Below are positions 26,998 to 41,509 of a stretch of DNA of 64,000 nt, piece by piece. Source of the stretch: Octopus sinensis (taxonomy: Eukaryota); NCBI RefSeq assembly GCF_006345805.1, contig NC_043018.1:15810001-15874000 (forward strand). The letters run 5' to 3'. The number at the start of each line of letters is the position of its first letter. Within the stretch, counting starts at the first letter, position 1. The translations under genes and the position numbers were made by a program. Under the pieces are notes generated by a model. The model ran no database searches, was not told where the DNA came from, and worked only from the letters and a program-made list of their open reading frames with translations.

Positions 26998-27648
26998 CAA
27001 CAACATCAGCAGTTCCTTTGTTTTCAGCTGTTTGCCCATCTGTGCGAATGAGACTGTGCCGACTGCGTTGTTCTTCCACATGCAGATCCCAGAATTCGAA
27101 CCCAACGGATGAGAGCTTTTATAGATGTAGATAACTGATGATTTCCTGGTCTCTACTTTCGCTCTACCTTAGCGAGATTTCCCACGCAAAGTTCCCTGTA
27201 GAGAAATTGTTTCGTGTGAAGTGTTCTAGCATAAGACCATCAAAGAATGAAAACAACACAGCTGTAGTTCTCTTCCGAGTAGGAAGCAACAGGGGTAAAG
27301 TCCGGATTTAACGAGTTGTAGTAATCCGAGTCTCCCATTGCACATTTGCGTAGCTTAGAGAGAGATCGGGAAATTATGCAAATGAGTTGACAAATTGCCA
27401 GACAACGCAGAATGTGAACATTGCGTCTCAACTGATGCCCTCCTCTACAGGAGGTTATGGTGATCCTGACCCCCAGGTTCAAATTAACATTCTATCTTAT
27501 GCAAATGTGCAATATGAAGTTTGGTTGTGAATTCTTTCAATCTATAAATCAATTGCTACCCGAAAGATTACAAATCATCTGCAGTTGGCATAACGAGTTG
27601 TGACAGGTGAGTTGCTGTCGATTATTTTCTATGTCTATATGTATACAT

Positions 27649-27740
<92 letters not shown>

Positions 27741-27783
27741 CATGAATCTATGCATGTATGTATGTATGTATATATACTATAAT

Positions 27784-27827
<44 letters not shown>

Positions 27828-28106
27828 AGGTATAAAAATATATATAAAGAAACAAGAACGTGAAATACACAAAGGGACGAACACAGAAAACAGACGGGTC
27901 ATTCGAACCCTTTAATCTTCAGTCAGAAACCGCGTCATCATAGCAAATTTCGGCTGTGTCGGTGTATTTAATAGATGCAGTCACAGAAATATGCGTACGC
28001 ATTTATATGTATACATAATATATAATATATATATATTATATACATACATATATATATATATACACATTATATATATATGTGTATATATATATATATAATA
28101 TATATA

Positions 28107-28149
<43 letters not shown>

Positions 28150-28231
28150 GAACGTAGTTATATATAGATGTAAGTATATGTATGTGTAAATATGTATGTC
28201 TATGTATAAATATTACTAGAGAGAGAGAGAG

Positions 28232-28396
28232 GTCACAAAACTGATAGAGGTTACTGACCGGCACCACTTTTACTAAAAATAAGAGTTAAAATATCTCAAA
28301 AGCCACAAAAGCAATGTCCTGTGGCATTTGAGTTGTTCTCACTTTTATTTTTAGCAAATGCTGTGCTAGCCAGTAACTCTCTGTCACTTTCGTGAC
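28232..28396. mobile_element. Old palindromic foldback/MITE-like element
   Basis: About 76-bp arms GTCAC...GCCACA / TGTGGC...GTGAC, roughly 75 percent complementary, very short spacer. Confidence 0.6.
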
Positions 28397-28461
28397 TTCT
28401 ATGAATTTTGATTTTAGGTTCTAATTGCTAAAAAGCCCCCCCCCTTTTAATCTGTTATTAT

Positions 28462-28510
<49 letters not shown>

Positions 28511-28531
28511 GTATGTATATATGTATATGTG

Positions 28532-28562
<31 letters not shown>

Positions 28563-28645
28563 GTATATGTGTATATATATATATAGTCCAATAACACATA
28601 CTTGTTCCACGTCCTCGCTTTGTTGCTGCTTTCTTTGTGTTTTTC

Positions 28646-28682
<37 letters not shown>

Positions 28683-28838
28683 ATATATATATAGTTATAT
28701 ATATATATGTACAGTGTGTGTGTATGTATGTATCTATATGTGTGTGTATATATATATATATTCATATTTATCTATATACACATATATGCACGCATAGATG
28801 TATGCATACATATATACATAATCGCATACATACATACA

Positions 28839-28874
<36 letters not shown>

Positions 28875-29489
28875 GTCAGAGAATATATATATATATTTTC
28901 TTTCCTGGTACGATATATAAACATATTTCCATCTGAATCTAGATCGATTATTCATTTGCATTGTTCGGTGATAACATTCCTTGGGGGGAAGATACTAAAG
29001 GCATCAATCTTTTCCCCCAAAACGATATTTCTGAAACTTCATGGAAACCAGGAGAGAGGTGAAACATTGTGATGGCAGACGACACCTATTTAATAATCTC
29101 AATATAGAATAAAACAAAGGGAAAACGATAACAAGATAAACAAAAGTAATATAAACGGTAACGGGTAATCAGAAAATTGACAGACGGAATCTATCATTTT
29201 GGAGGTTTTCTACAAGATAAATTATCCAAGAATAACTCTTTTAGTTTCTTTGTATATAAATAACAGCAGTGTGTAAAATGGTGTCTGATGTTGTGAATTT
29301 CCATACGTATGTGTGTGTATGCACGTATGTGTGTGTATGCACGTATGTATGTGTGTATGTATATATCTTTGTATATATGCATGTATGTATGTACGTATCT
29401 ATTAATGTATGTAGGTATGAGCGTGTATATATATATATATATATATATATAATATGTATATTTGTATATATATATATGCGTGTGCGTGT

Positions 29490-29710
29490 GTGTGTGTCTG
29501 TGTTTTTCCCCTCACCCCACATCGCTTGACAACTGATGCTGGTGTGTGTAGGTCCCCGTATCTTAGCGGTTAGGCACAAGAGACTGACAGAATAAGTACT
29601 AGGCTTACAAAGAATAAGTACTGCCGTCGATTTGTTCAACTAAAGGTGGTGCTCCATCATGGCCGCAGTCAAATGACTGAAACAAGTAAAAGAAAGAAAA
29701 AGAAAAGAAT
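29490..29710 (+). mobile_element. SINE family D, 3' half only
   Basis: ATCGCTTGACAACTGATGCTGG...TAAAGGTGGTGCTCCATCATGGCCGCAGTCAAATGACTGAAACAAGTAAAAG. Confidence 0.85.
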
Positions 29711-29724
29711 ATATATACACACAT

Positions 29725-30410
29725 GCAGGCCGCACTGTGCTAGATTACGCAAAAATAAAAATAACACTGACATCTCATTTTAACAGATATATTTACCAAA
29801 ATTACATTTGAAATATCTTGAAATAATCAAGGAGATTACAATCTGGGTAGTTAGGTGATCAGATGTTGGGGTGATGCGATCGCAGAAATTGTCTGACTGC
29901 CATGACTGGGTTCTCCTGCTTGTGTGGCATGGTGCAGAGATTTGTTACCAGACATAGGGTCTACCAGCAGCTACCTTATGACCCAGGGTAGCAACTAGCT
30001 CCTCTAGGCTCTTGGTGTAGGCCTCCATGTTGAGTCTGAGGTCGTGTGGGAAGATGAATGGAGGCATAACGTCGCCATCGCTAGTGATCACTCCAAACAC
30101 CATGATGTTGACAGGATGTTTGATTTTTGTCACTCTCGGTAAATGTCCTCAGATTGCACTGTCCTCAGATTGACACCCAAAAACTCAGAAGTGATTGTAT
30201 TGGAGCTTCCGGCGTGAGTACCAAGCAGCACAGCATGTCGTTTCCAATTTTCTGGCAGCATGAATTGCATCATGGTGCTGTTTTTTTTTTCTCACAGACG
30301 GTGCTCAACTTCCCTACTATACTGTGTAGTCGACAAAGAAAAAATGAAAAATTAGAAAATATAAAATGGTGATAATTTTTGTTACTTTTCATTTGTCTTG
30401 CTCGCTTACG
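29725..30410 (-). pseudogene. Internally deleted Tc1/mariner DD37D (maT-like) transposase relic
   Basis: Minus strand: MMQFMLPENWKRHAVLLGTHAGSSNTITSEFLGVNLRTVQ (ATG at 30273) fused to KIKHPVNIMVFGVITSDGDVMPPFIFP...RPYVW*QISAPCHTS...SPNYPDCNLLDY; 37 residues between the second and third acidic positions after correcting one frameshift. Confidence 0.85.
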
Positions 30411-30597
30411 CTCTGGTGTTTGGTAAGTTTTTTCGTGAGAACATTTCTTAGTGGTAAAACCATAGCGGATCTACCTCTAGCATGAGGGTTGTCCACATAG
30501 TGGTCATCCCTCTCATATGTATATATATATATATATATTAAATAGTAAAAAGTGAAAAAACTGTGTGTATGTATGCATATGTTTTAATGTATAATCT

Positions 30598-30725
30598 TTT
30601 ACTTATTTTAGTTATTAGACTGCGGCCCTGCTATGGTTCCACCTTGAAGACTGTTTTAATGTCTGGTACTTAGTCTATCTATGCAGTTGCCGAACCGCTA
30701 TGTTACGGGGATGCAAACAGACATC
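30598..30725 (-). mobile_element. SINE family D, 3' fragment
   Basis: TTAGACTGCGGCCCTGCT...GCCGAACCGCTATGTTACGGGGATGCAAAC. Confidence 0.7.
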
Positions 30726-31247
30726 AGTTATATAAATTCTAACAGTTAAATTTTTATCTCTCTACTCTGAAGATAGAGACCGGATCTCTCCGCCGTCGTT
30801 TATTTCCTTCCATTACTTGCTGCATATTTTGGAGAACTACACCTGACTAGATTAAGAAGTAACCCCTAGTCCCCCGTCGAACTTGTAGCAGCATACTTTC
30901 TCCTCTTTAATTCTCTGTGTCTTTCTGATCTGTGTAGCTTTGCCGTTAGTATATACATATCAATATATCTATACCTGAGTATTCATCGTCTGAACATTTT
31001 CCGTCTTTGCTCGCTTTCTCTCGCTCTCTCTCTCTTTCTCTCTCTTTCTTTCTTTCTCTCTCCTCTCTCTCTCTCTGTTTCTTTCTTTCTGTCTCTCTCC
31101 CTTTCTCTCTCTCTCAATTTGCATGAATACAAATATATATATTTTGTATATCAAGCACAAGCTGTTTTATTTCCTTATTTGCATCATTCACGCTCTCTCT
31201 CTCTCTCTCTCTATGTATATATATATATATATATATCACTATAGATG

Positions 31248-31295
<48 letters not shown>

Positions 31296-31298
31296 GTG

Positions 31299-31339
<41 letters not shown>

Positions 31340-31676
31340 GCGTGCGTGCACGCGTATTTGTATCTATATATACGTAGTGAAAGTGCAAAGGGTTTACACA
31401 AATTTCCCTTTTCATTCCTAAGGTATCGGTCAACAGAAATCTTCGGTGGTCAAAGTAAAGAGATTCTCTTTTAGACTAACATGTTGAACGGAAACTAAAC
31501 TCAAAAATAGTCTTGGAATCCTGAGCATCGATCCCTTCGGCGGATGATTGCGAGTGTATTCAGTGCTAGAAACTAGAAGAACTCTCTTGGCCTTACACAA
31601 TGTGTTATAGTGTGTGAATGTGTGGATGTGACTATGTGAATGTAGCCAAATTTGTATGTATTCATACATGAATGCA

Positions 31677-31707
<31 letters not shown>

Positions 31708-31870
31708 ATATGTCTGTGCACACACTTGAATCTTTGGTGTTGGAGCGAGCCTAACTTTAGATGTATGTATGTGTGTAAGTGCGTATTTATTGATATATAT
31801 ATATGTGCATATATAAATCTCCATGTAGGTATTTATATATATAGACCTATATACAGATGAATATATATAT

Positions 31871-31936
<66 letters not shown>

Positions 31937-32424
31937 TAATGTGTTTCTGGCCGATATATCATCTGGAGTAGAGGAGAGATAAAAGTGACATATCATACGA
32001 AGCTTTCAACAAGGCTACAACTCACTGGAAGCTTTTTCTTTAGCAGATATGAAATTACGAGGATGTGAACTGAATTATCTGAAAACAGCAGCCCCCGTTG
32101 TTTGGTGTGCTCAAACAAATTTGAAACACATGCCAGGAATGTTGTTGTTGTTATATTCTATCTAGAAAGAGATGGAAGAAGAGGTATTGAGATTATAAAA
32201 CAGTTGAACAGCCAGATGCATAAGTGTAGAATACATATTTATGTGAATGTGCATAGATGTTAGTTATATAACTAAGAGGACTACTGTACAATAGAGAACC
32301 TCATACATGCCATAATCTGAAATCTGGGATTCAATTATTTTACGAAGAAAAATTAGCAAGCTTTAGAATGGGAGGTTTTTTGTCGAAACATTATGCAAAT
32401 AAAAGTCAAAGGCCATATTTGTGT

Positions 32425-32750
32425 AAGCATGACTGTGTGGTTAATATGCTCGCTTTACAACCGTGTGGCTTCGAGTTCGAAACCCACTGCTCTGTAGTTT
32501 GGGAAAAAGTTCTCAACTATAGACCCGTGCAGAACAATACCTTGGGAGTGAATTCGTAAGCAAAGTGTCGCTATAACAGCCCGTCGTATATTTATATGTA
32601 TTTGTGTGTGCGTTCGTTTGTTTACGTCCCCATAACTTTCAGTAAAACTGACGATAGTATAAGTACTATATTTGCAAAATATACGTCCTGTGTTCGTTTT
32701 TCCAAACTAAGCCCTTCGAGGTGGTTCCGTGTATTAACACGACAGACTTG
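32425..32750 (+). mobile_element. SINE family D, old diverged copy
   Basis: GACTGTGTGGTTAA..GAGTTCGAAACCCACTG..CCCGTCGTATA linker..TTTACGTCCCCATAAC..ATAAGTACT. Confidence 0.6.
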
Positions 32751-33937
32751 CTACTACGATTGTCATTGCGATTGAATTATACAATAATTATTATAGTATT
32801 ACATAAGGGGGATCAGCCATCTGAATGTGGCTAGGGACAGGGCAGGGTGGTGGGGGTGTTACTGATGCATTTAGCCCCAGGCGATCATCGACGTCACCAG
32901 AAGGGCCGACACCATCTCGGTGTCCTTGCCAGCCTGCAAAGGGAGATCAGCCTCCCCGAAGATACGGATACTACATACGGACCGGTTTCGAGGTTATAGT
33001 TTATAAATTGTATTCGTATTACAACAATGTTGTTGGTTGCTTCTGAAAGTATTGATAAAGTTTAGATATGCACCATATATGGTCCCTTATCTTCTCCCTT
33101 CCATGGTGTGCGAATAATAATCATTGTTTTAAGTAACTTCAAATCTGGTTACACCTAGAAGATTAGTAAATTCAATTTCCATTGCTGTATCGTTAAATAT
33201 AATAATTACGGAATTCTCCCTGCCATAGATTAAGCAAACAAAGAGAGTAATTATCCCTACGAGAAAATAATAAACATAGAAGATTATAATTAGTTAACTA
33301 AAGCAATTAATTTTTTTATACCAACTAATCTAAAGAGATAAAAGAGTTGTTGTGTTGAAGATGTAATCGTTTATATATTTTTTTTCTTGTAGTAACACGT
33401 AGGAGAAGACTTAGATACTTAATTATATACATTTATATACACACATATATTATTATTGTATGTTGTGATGACAAGAGACTATCTTGAACATAAAATGGCT
33501 TCAATTAATGTGTGTTTGAGATAGAGTAAAGTGATTATCGATGGTTGTGGTTTGCACTTAATTGTATCGTCCGTTAAAATGCATTTGCTGTTTGTTTTTT
33601 TTAATTGTAATTGATGTAAGATAGAATAATTAACGCTCGCGTTCATAACACAGACATTAGGATTAATTATTAAAGACGGGATTTCGTCTTTCTGAACCGA
33701 TTTGCCTCTGAAGTGAACTGAGCTTTTCGACTTTCTTTTAAACTGAGTCCTTCTTTGTTTATGCACTGCTTTTGCCTGTTCATGTGTGGGTGTGGGTGTA
33801 GGTGGGAATGGATGCGCGCGCATGTGTGTGCGCGCGCTCTCGGTATTTTTTCTTTTTACTTCATGTGATATATAACAAATATTGACTTGTAAGCCTTTAG
33901 TATAATTGTTAGTATATTATGCTAGTAACAAGAAGAA

Positions 33938-34013
<76 letters not shown>

Positions 34014-34080
34014 ATATATGTATATATATATATATGTATGTATACATAATTACATCTCTATGTATATATACGAGCATATA

Positions 34081-34354
34081 TGGGTACAGGACATAAAAAA
34101 AAAACAACGTTGAACACAATGAGAAACGAAAACATAAAAACAAAAGCATAGAAGTCGCGTCTTGTCCTTGCCTTCGACCACGCGGAGTAGATGAAACAGG
34201 GACAACTGACGAAAGGGGATATCTTTTATGTTGTATGTCTAGTTTTTCTGTTTGTTTGTTTTTTCCGTTGTTCGAAAAAAGTTCGTATCTATGTTTTTGT
34301 TTTTCTGTTTTCGTTTCTCATTGTATTCAACGTTTTTTTGATGTCCTGTGCCCA
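34081..34354. mobile_element. 274-bp element with about 70-bp terminal inverted repeats, inserted in TA
   Basis: TGGGTACAGGACAT..AACGTTGAACACAATGAGAAACGAAAAC pairs with GTTTTCGTTTCTCATTGTATTCAACGTT..ATGTCCTGTGCCCA; TATA flanks. Confidence 0.8.
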
Positions 34355-35809
34355 TATATGCATGTATATATATATACATATATATGTAGGTATGTATATA
34401 TATGTATGTATATATGCAAATATTTATATATCATTTATATTACTACATGATCGAACGCCTCGCATCCTTTTCCAAGTAAGTATATATTTATATATATATA
34501 TATATATATATAATGATGGATTCTCATGTCACGAACGACAAATAAGGGTTCAATAAAATAAATTGTTAATCTTGTTCTATGGACACAGATGCGTCTCTTG
34601 GGGCCTGCCGATGTCTTACAGACCTCTTGGAAAATGGAAAAAGTTGAGGACTTAGTTTGTTTGAGTGCTTGTTGATGATTCAATATGTTTTTTTTGTGTT
34701 TTTACTGCGTACCACAAAACCACAACGACAGGTAAATAATTAAAAGTTGATTTAAATTGCATGGAATTTGCTAATGTGCAGTGAATAGACATTGTAAAAT
34801 CTGTAGTAGAGGATGAAGTTTTCATTTAGAGAAGCAGCGTTTTCTCAGCGTGCCTTCATACTTACACCAAGTTGGTCCCGGTGTCAGAGTCGACTTTGCT
34901 CACATCTTTGAACTGGGGAGAAGCAGGACTGGCGCCAGGTCCTTCGTTCTGATACTTTGTTTTACCACGAAGGAAAGGCAATGTTGCATCGCTTGAGATC
35001 GTCTTTTAGTTTATATATGTATAGTGAGAGAGAAAGGATGAGAAATCAAGTGACTATTCGTGTGTCATGCAACGGAGAGAAATTGAAACAGTATATTAAG
35101 AAATAACCATCTTACAATAAATGACTTTCGATGAATATTCACAATGCTAATTATGCAATATATCATTAAAGTTAATGGAGACGTTCTCGCTTTTGGATGT
35201 TATCGATGCGTTGATGCTGTAAGTAAGATACTTGCTGAATGATGATTTATGTGGTTTGTACCAAGTAATTATTATCAGTATGCTATCTCATCTAAGCTTC
35301 CAAGTAATATTGTATTTCTATAGTTTGCATGTCATATCACTTCTTAAAAGAATTTCGAATATGGCCGTGAAGACTCGATGGATCATTTATGATTAATGAA
35401 CAATTAAGTGAATTTCTTTATGTTGGCGTAGCAAGCAGGAATGTTTTAAATCTTCACTTCGCCACCATGAGATTTAGCCATGGTTCTATCCCACTGAGTG
35501 TTATTTACTATAGCCTCCGGTTTACCTGTGACAGGTACGGAAAATTGGGTAAAACAAGAAACTGTAGAGAAGCCCGTCCATCCGGTAAATTGTTCTTGGA
35601 ATTCGGAAACGAATAATTTTGTCACACACTGCCAGGCAGATTATGGGTGAGAACATGGTTATGGGTATATGGGTCTGTAGGCGGCGAGCTGGCAGAATCG
35701 TTAGCACGATAGACAGAGAAACAAAGATAGGTGCAGGAAACTCATATAGAGAGAGTTATATACACATGCATGTAATGTATATATATATATATGTATGTAT
35801 GTATGTATG

Positions 35810-35869
<60 letters not shown>

Positions 35870-35931
35870 TATATATACATATATAAGCATATATATGTGT
35901 ATATATATATATATACATATATAAGTATATA

Positions 35932-35988
<57 letters not shown>

Positions 35989-36730
35989 TATATAGTTATA
36001 TATTTATAAACAGATATGCAGATAGACATACATATATAGAGAGAGACTAACACACAGGCGGACCGAGAGATAGATAGATAGATTACACGCATTGCAATTT
36101 ATGTAATATGTTTCCACGGCAATACAACATTGCACCGATAATTTTTCAGATTAATTACATAATCTAAGCTGCATTTCTCTAATTCAATTAATAAGTTTTT
36201 GTAGTTCGATCTAACGATCCATAATTTCATTTCTTATACAAATATCTGCCTAGCCGTCAGGAACCAAAGACTAAACAAGAAAAACGAAAATCAAAACAGC
36301 TTATTGCTTCCATAGCAGAATAACGAAAGTTAGGAGGAGAGGACAAAGGAGGAGAAAGAGGGAGAGAGAGGTGGAATAAAATCAGAAATGCATTACTGCT
36401 TTCCCCATCCTAATAACATGAGACCTTCAGCGAGAATTTTGTCTTTGCACCGGATGATGTCGTGTAAACCAATTAAATCTGTTTTAGGAATTTCATTCAA
36501 AGACGAACATGAAATGAACTGGCATGAGAGGTTAATGCAAAAGTATCCGATATCATTGTGTCTGTTACCGTGTATCATAACTACTACATTTTATCGCCGA
36601 AATATCAGCCTGAAGTTAAGACTCGATTCATTGGGAGCAAAACTGGGAAAATAAAATATAGTAATGGCTTTTATTTTTTAATATATATGTATATGTTTGT
36701 GAGTGTGTATATAAGTATGTATCTATATTC

Positions 36731-36808
<78 letters not shown>

Positions 36809-36870
36809 TGTATACAAAAACTTATAAATATATATATATACACACACATATATATTTATATATACATACA

Positions 36871-38455
36871 TAGAACAAGTAGCGAGGGATTATCGATCTG
36901 GCCAAAATACTTCATGCGCTCGCTGTTGGCACGCCAGGCTAATCAACGCCGACGAATCAGTAGGTTTTTGGTTGGGCTCCTAAAGAGGCAGGATGATGCC
37001 ATTGGACGGCATCGTCGGACGCTGGACCAACTGACCAGTTAAACTGCTGGGGGTCTGTTTTGATCCCTATCTCCAGGTTGCTAAGAACTGGGACGAGATA
37101 GCGAACAGGTTGGCCAGTCTTACTCAGAAATGGACTAAGAGAAAGCTGTCCCTGAAAGGTCGAACAAAGGTGGCGAGTGCTGATATCTCCTCCGTTAACA
37201 TTTATCGCCTGACTGTTTACTGTTTGACTAGGTTGGAGCGTCTCTTATGCAAATTCTTGTGGAGGGGACGCGATCCAATTGTCATGCGGTCAGTCTCTTG
37301 CCAACATCCTCTGAGTGGCGGATTTGGTATGCCGTGGGTCCTTATATGCAAACTTGGTCTTATGTTACGCCACCTGCAACGACTTCTGGACAGTGAGCGC
37401 ATGTGGACTCGTCTTTCTACAGCTTGTCTCTTTGACGGAGTTGCAGTCCTGGGTAAAGAACAGATCGAGACTGGGCATCTGGAACCTAGAATGTCGTCAG
37501 GCGCTTACAGCCCTCTACCAGTTTGGCATTGTTCCTCTTTAGAAATATATCTGTAGATGTTCCGCTTTAGACATTTATAGAGGATTAGTGGCGGAAAAGT
37601 GCGACGACATTCTCGGGGAAGCTCTGAGCGCCAGCAAGAACGAATTGGCTAGTCAATTCCAAAGTACTTTCCTGTCAGGAACTATCATGGATGATTTCCA
37701 GATGTCATTCATCTGACAGTGCTACCGGGGTCGCTATCGGTTCGAGATAAGCTCTAGTCACGGATGTGCTGTCTGAGTTGCGCGCTGAGTGACGAAACCG
37801 TTCTACACACCCTCGTTCAGTGTCCAGGCATTGCTGACTTGTGTGGTTATGTAAAACAGCTGCTGTCACGTGTGGGACGGATCTGTCTGTCGGTCGAGTC
37901 CTTTACCTGGTGGCAGTGGCGAAAGAGGTTGTTTGGTGAACAAGACTGAAAGGCATGGGGACAGATACATTCCTCTTCGATAGAGCTCTCTTTGACTTCT
38001 TCAAATTTCTCTTAAAAAGGAAACTGAGAATAGAGAGAGAAGTGCTATCTTCGAGTGAGTTTATTGAAAGGTGAGTGAAAGTAGCGAAAATAGCAAGAGT
38101 GGATGGTACCTCTCTAAGTGTAGACCTGTGAGTCAGAGAGAAGGAGTTGGAGAGGGTACTTGCCCTTGGGGTTTCAGGGAAATCTCGGACAGTGGTGTTC
38201 CTTGATTATCCCAAGGGACTTTCCTACATCAGGAAGGCCGCATCTCTATCATCTCGCCACTTCTTTTTCTTTAAGGCTTCGTATACTATGCATACGTCCT
38301 TTGTTTTTCAGTGTACACCCTGAATACTTACAGTCTTTCTTTCTCTTTTTTCTTATCATTTTGTTATATGTAAACCCCACACTTTATATCTGTCTTTGTA
38401 TTGTCCCCCTCATCTTTCGCCCTTGTGGCAAATAAATGAAATCATCATTATTATT
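36871..38455 (+). mobile_element. 5'-truncated Tx1/L1-clade non-LTR retrotransposon (end of RT, zf-RVT C-terminus, 3' UTR)
   Basis: INADESVGFWLGS, PVKLLGVCF, QKWTKRKLSLKGR, KFLWRG, GGFGMP, C..C....ETVLH....CP; stop near 38130, pyrimidine-rich UTR, AATAAA at 38431, (ATC)(ATT) tail; several stops and frameshifts. Confidence 0.9.
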
Positions 38456-38552
38456 GTTGTTGTTAAAAATGTTGTTATGTACACAAACACGAACGCAAAC
38501 GCCCACTCGAAGCTCACTATATATGATATGTTTCAGAGTATGTGTATGTATA

Positions 38553-38610
<58 letters not shown>

Positions 38611-39052
38611 TTGTGGTGTGGTGTGTGTGTGTGTATATGTATTCCGGTGCATATGTGTGTGTGTGTCAGTGTGTTTATGTATGTATATAGGTATATATAC
38701 ATGTGTACAAATATAACTACCATTAGACACACATGTCTAGATGCATGCACTGCACACATGCACATACACCTATTACATTCATATAAGCGCGCATGCACAC
38801 ATACATGCAGATGCGGACACATATTTGTTCTTGGTTGCCAGTGATTAAGCACGTGTAAAAGTTAATGACTTTCGGTGTGTATACGCTCATGTTTTATATA
38901 AGACGATTGAGTTCAAACGGTTATGTCACAATATAATCCGAAATATGATACTTATAAATACATATCTCGTACAGTGCTTTGTGCTTAACTCTGCTCATGT
39001 GTGCACGAATGGATTGTGTATGTGTGTATGCATATATATATATACACACACA

Positions 39053-39088
<36 letters not shown>

Positions 39089-39241
39089 GGAGAGTGTGTG
39101 TATATATGTCTGAGAGTGTTTGTGTGTCTCTGCTTGCGCCTCTGTATAAGCAAGCCATTTAGTGTGCAGTTATAAATAATCTCACTTGAAGCAACCATAT
39201 TCATAATCCGCTTATGTTTATATATATATATATATATAATA

Positions 39242-39304
<63 letters not shown>

Positions 39305-39704
39305 ATATATATATATATATATATGTTATATATATATGTGTGTGTGTGTATGTGTGTTTGCATGTGTATATATGTATATATGCTAGTATGTAGAGAAACG
39401 TAATATATATATATATACACATACATACAAACATATATACTTGCATTCATAACAATAGTGGTGTGTGAATGTGTATATGCATGCATATATGCATAAACAC
39501 ACATTTATATAAAGATGCATATAGGTATCTATATATTCGTGTATATATATGTGTGTGTGTATGTATACATACACACACCCACACACATGTATAGGTATAA
39601 TTATATCTAAACTGGCGAATATAATTCTGTATCTTTGTTTGTGTGAGTGTGAGAGAGAGAGAGAGTAAATAAATACAAAAGCACAGACACATACACGCAC
39701 ATAA

Positions 39705-39757
<53 letters not shown>

Positions 39758-39782
39758 TGCATATATTTATAGTAATATATTA

Positions 39783-39823
<41 letters not shown>

Positions 39824-40276
39824 TTTATACATATATGCACATATACACACACACTCATATATATGGATGGATGGATGGATGGATTGATGTGTGTGTGTGT
39901 ACACGCATGTGGTTACATACGATGCATCAGGCAGCTGAGCTGTTACGACTATATATAGAATATCGTATTCAGAGCCGATTAGGAATTTTCCTTGACAATG
40001 AATAAATATTACAGATATTAATGATAAACCTATTTAAATTCAGGCTTAAACTATTTTTATACATTCTTTCTATTAATTTCCGTTTAGCTGCCATTTTTTT
40101 TTTCTCATTTTTATTTGGTTTTTGTTCATTGTTGATTTTATCAGACACAAGCTTGCATGTGCCTATGTACGTGCAGATCTATTTGTCCACCTATCTATCT
40201 GTCTATCTATTTATCTGTAAACCTATCGAACTCTCTATATTTGTATCGATGTATTTCTCAATCAATCAATCAATCA

Positions 40277-40339
<63 letters not shown>

Positions 40340-40489
40340 AACCAACCAATCTATTTATGTATGTATACCTCTATCAAACTATCAATCCATCTGTCAATCT
40401 ATCGATGTTTCTTTCAGTTTCTATCTTTCTCTTTATATATATATATATATATATATATACACAACATACACACACACACACACACACAC

Positions 40490-40568
<79 letters not shown>

Positions 40569-41372
40569 CATATATATACGCAAATATATACGTCGACACA
40601 ACCACTTATATATTTATGCTTAGGCATACATATACAAATATATATATCTGTATGTATGTATGCATGTATATGTATATATATATATATGCGTGTGTGTGCA
40701 TATATATACATATATATATATATAAATATACATATATATAAATATATTTGTGTATTGTTGTATGCCTACACATATATGTATACATATAGTATATAGATAG
40801 ATGCACACACAAACGCCTATATATATATGTGTGTGTCGCTCCATGTGATCATTATGCAATCCTAATTTAATTAGAGTACATTCAAGCAGTAGTGCTTTAT
40901 TTACTCTTTTATATGGATGAGAGGGAATAAGCGCTTAGCAGAAGGAGAAAGAGATAGAAGATGCTGTGTTGTGGGAGAAGGATTTAGAGAGACAGCGACA
41001 CAAAGGAGAAGGAGTGTGTTATAAGGAGAGTGGAAGGGAAACCTTTGTGAAATGATTAACGTTAGGGTCATAAAATATCTAATATAATCCTACTTTGAAG
41101 TGGGGAGGCGGGAAAGCAGCCATCTTTACATATCGACAGGAAAAGAAAAGAAAGCAAATGAAATCCTTTCTGTTCGATCGAAGTCTGTATCCTAAAATAG
41201 CCATAATAGATTACAGAAAAAAAAAATAGGTCGTTAATTTAGTTTTATCCGATTAAGTTGAGTTAATTCTAAATATAGATTATGAGCAGATTTATCCTGA
41301 AATCTCTTTTTCATTGAAATTGTCTGCATTTTTTAGCTAGACCATATAACATGTCACATTGCACGAGCGTGC

Positions 41373-41417
41373 GAGCTACGGCACCTCGAGCTACGGAACC
41401 TCAAGCTACGAAACCTC
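41373..41417. repeat. 15-bp tandem repeat, 3 copies
   Basis: GAGCTACGGCACCTC / GAGCTACGGAACCTC / AAGCTACGAAACCTC. Confidence 0.9.
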
Positions 41418-41509
41418 AGTGTAGTAAGTACGAAATCCCAGGGCCTCTAAATGAGTTACTGTCTTGCTAGAAATAACAACAAAATATAACCTAATATCAT
41501 ACCGCCTTG

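Noticed and set aside
27240-27482. Minus-strand ORF containing MGDSDYYNSLNPDFTPVASYSEENYS
   Set aside because: Looks protein-like but matches no family I recognise and has no splice support
28981-29020. Small hairpins here and at 22035-22059 and 30482-30516
   Set aside because: Stems of 9-13 bp with mismatches are expected by chance in 64 kb
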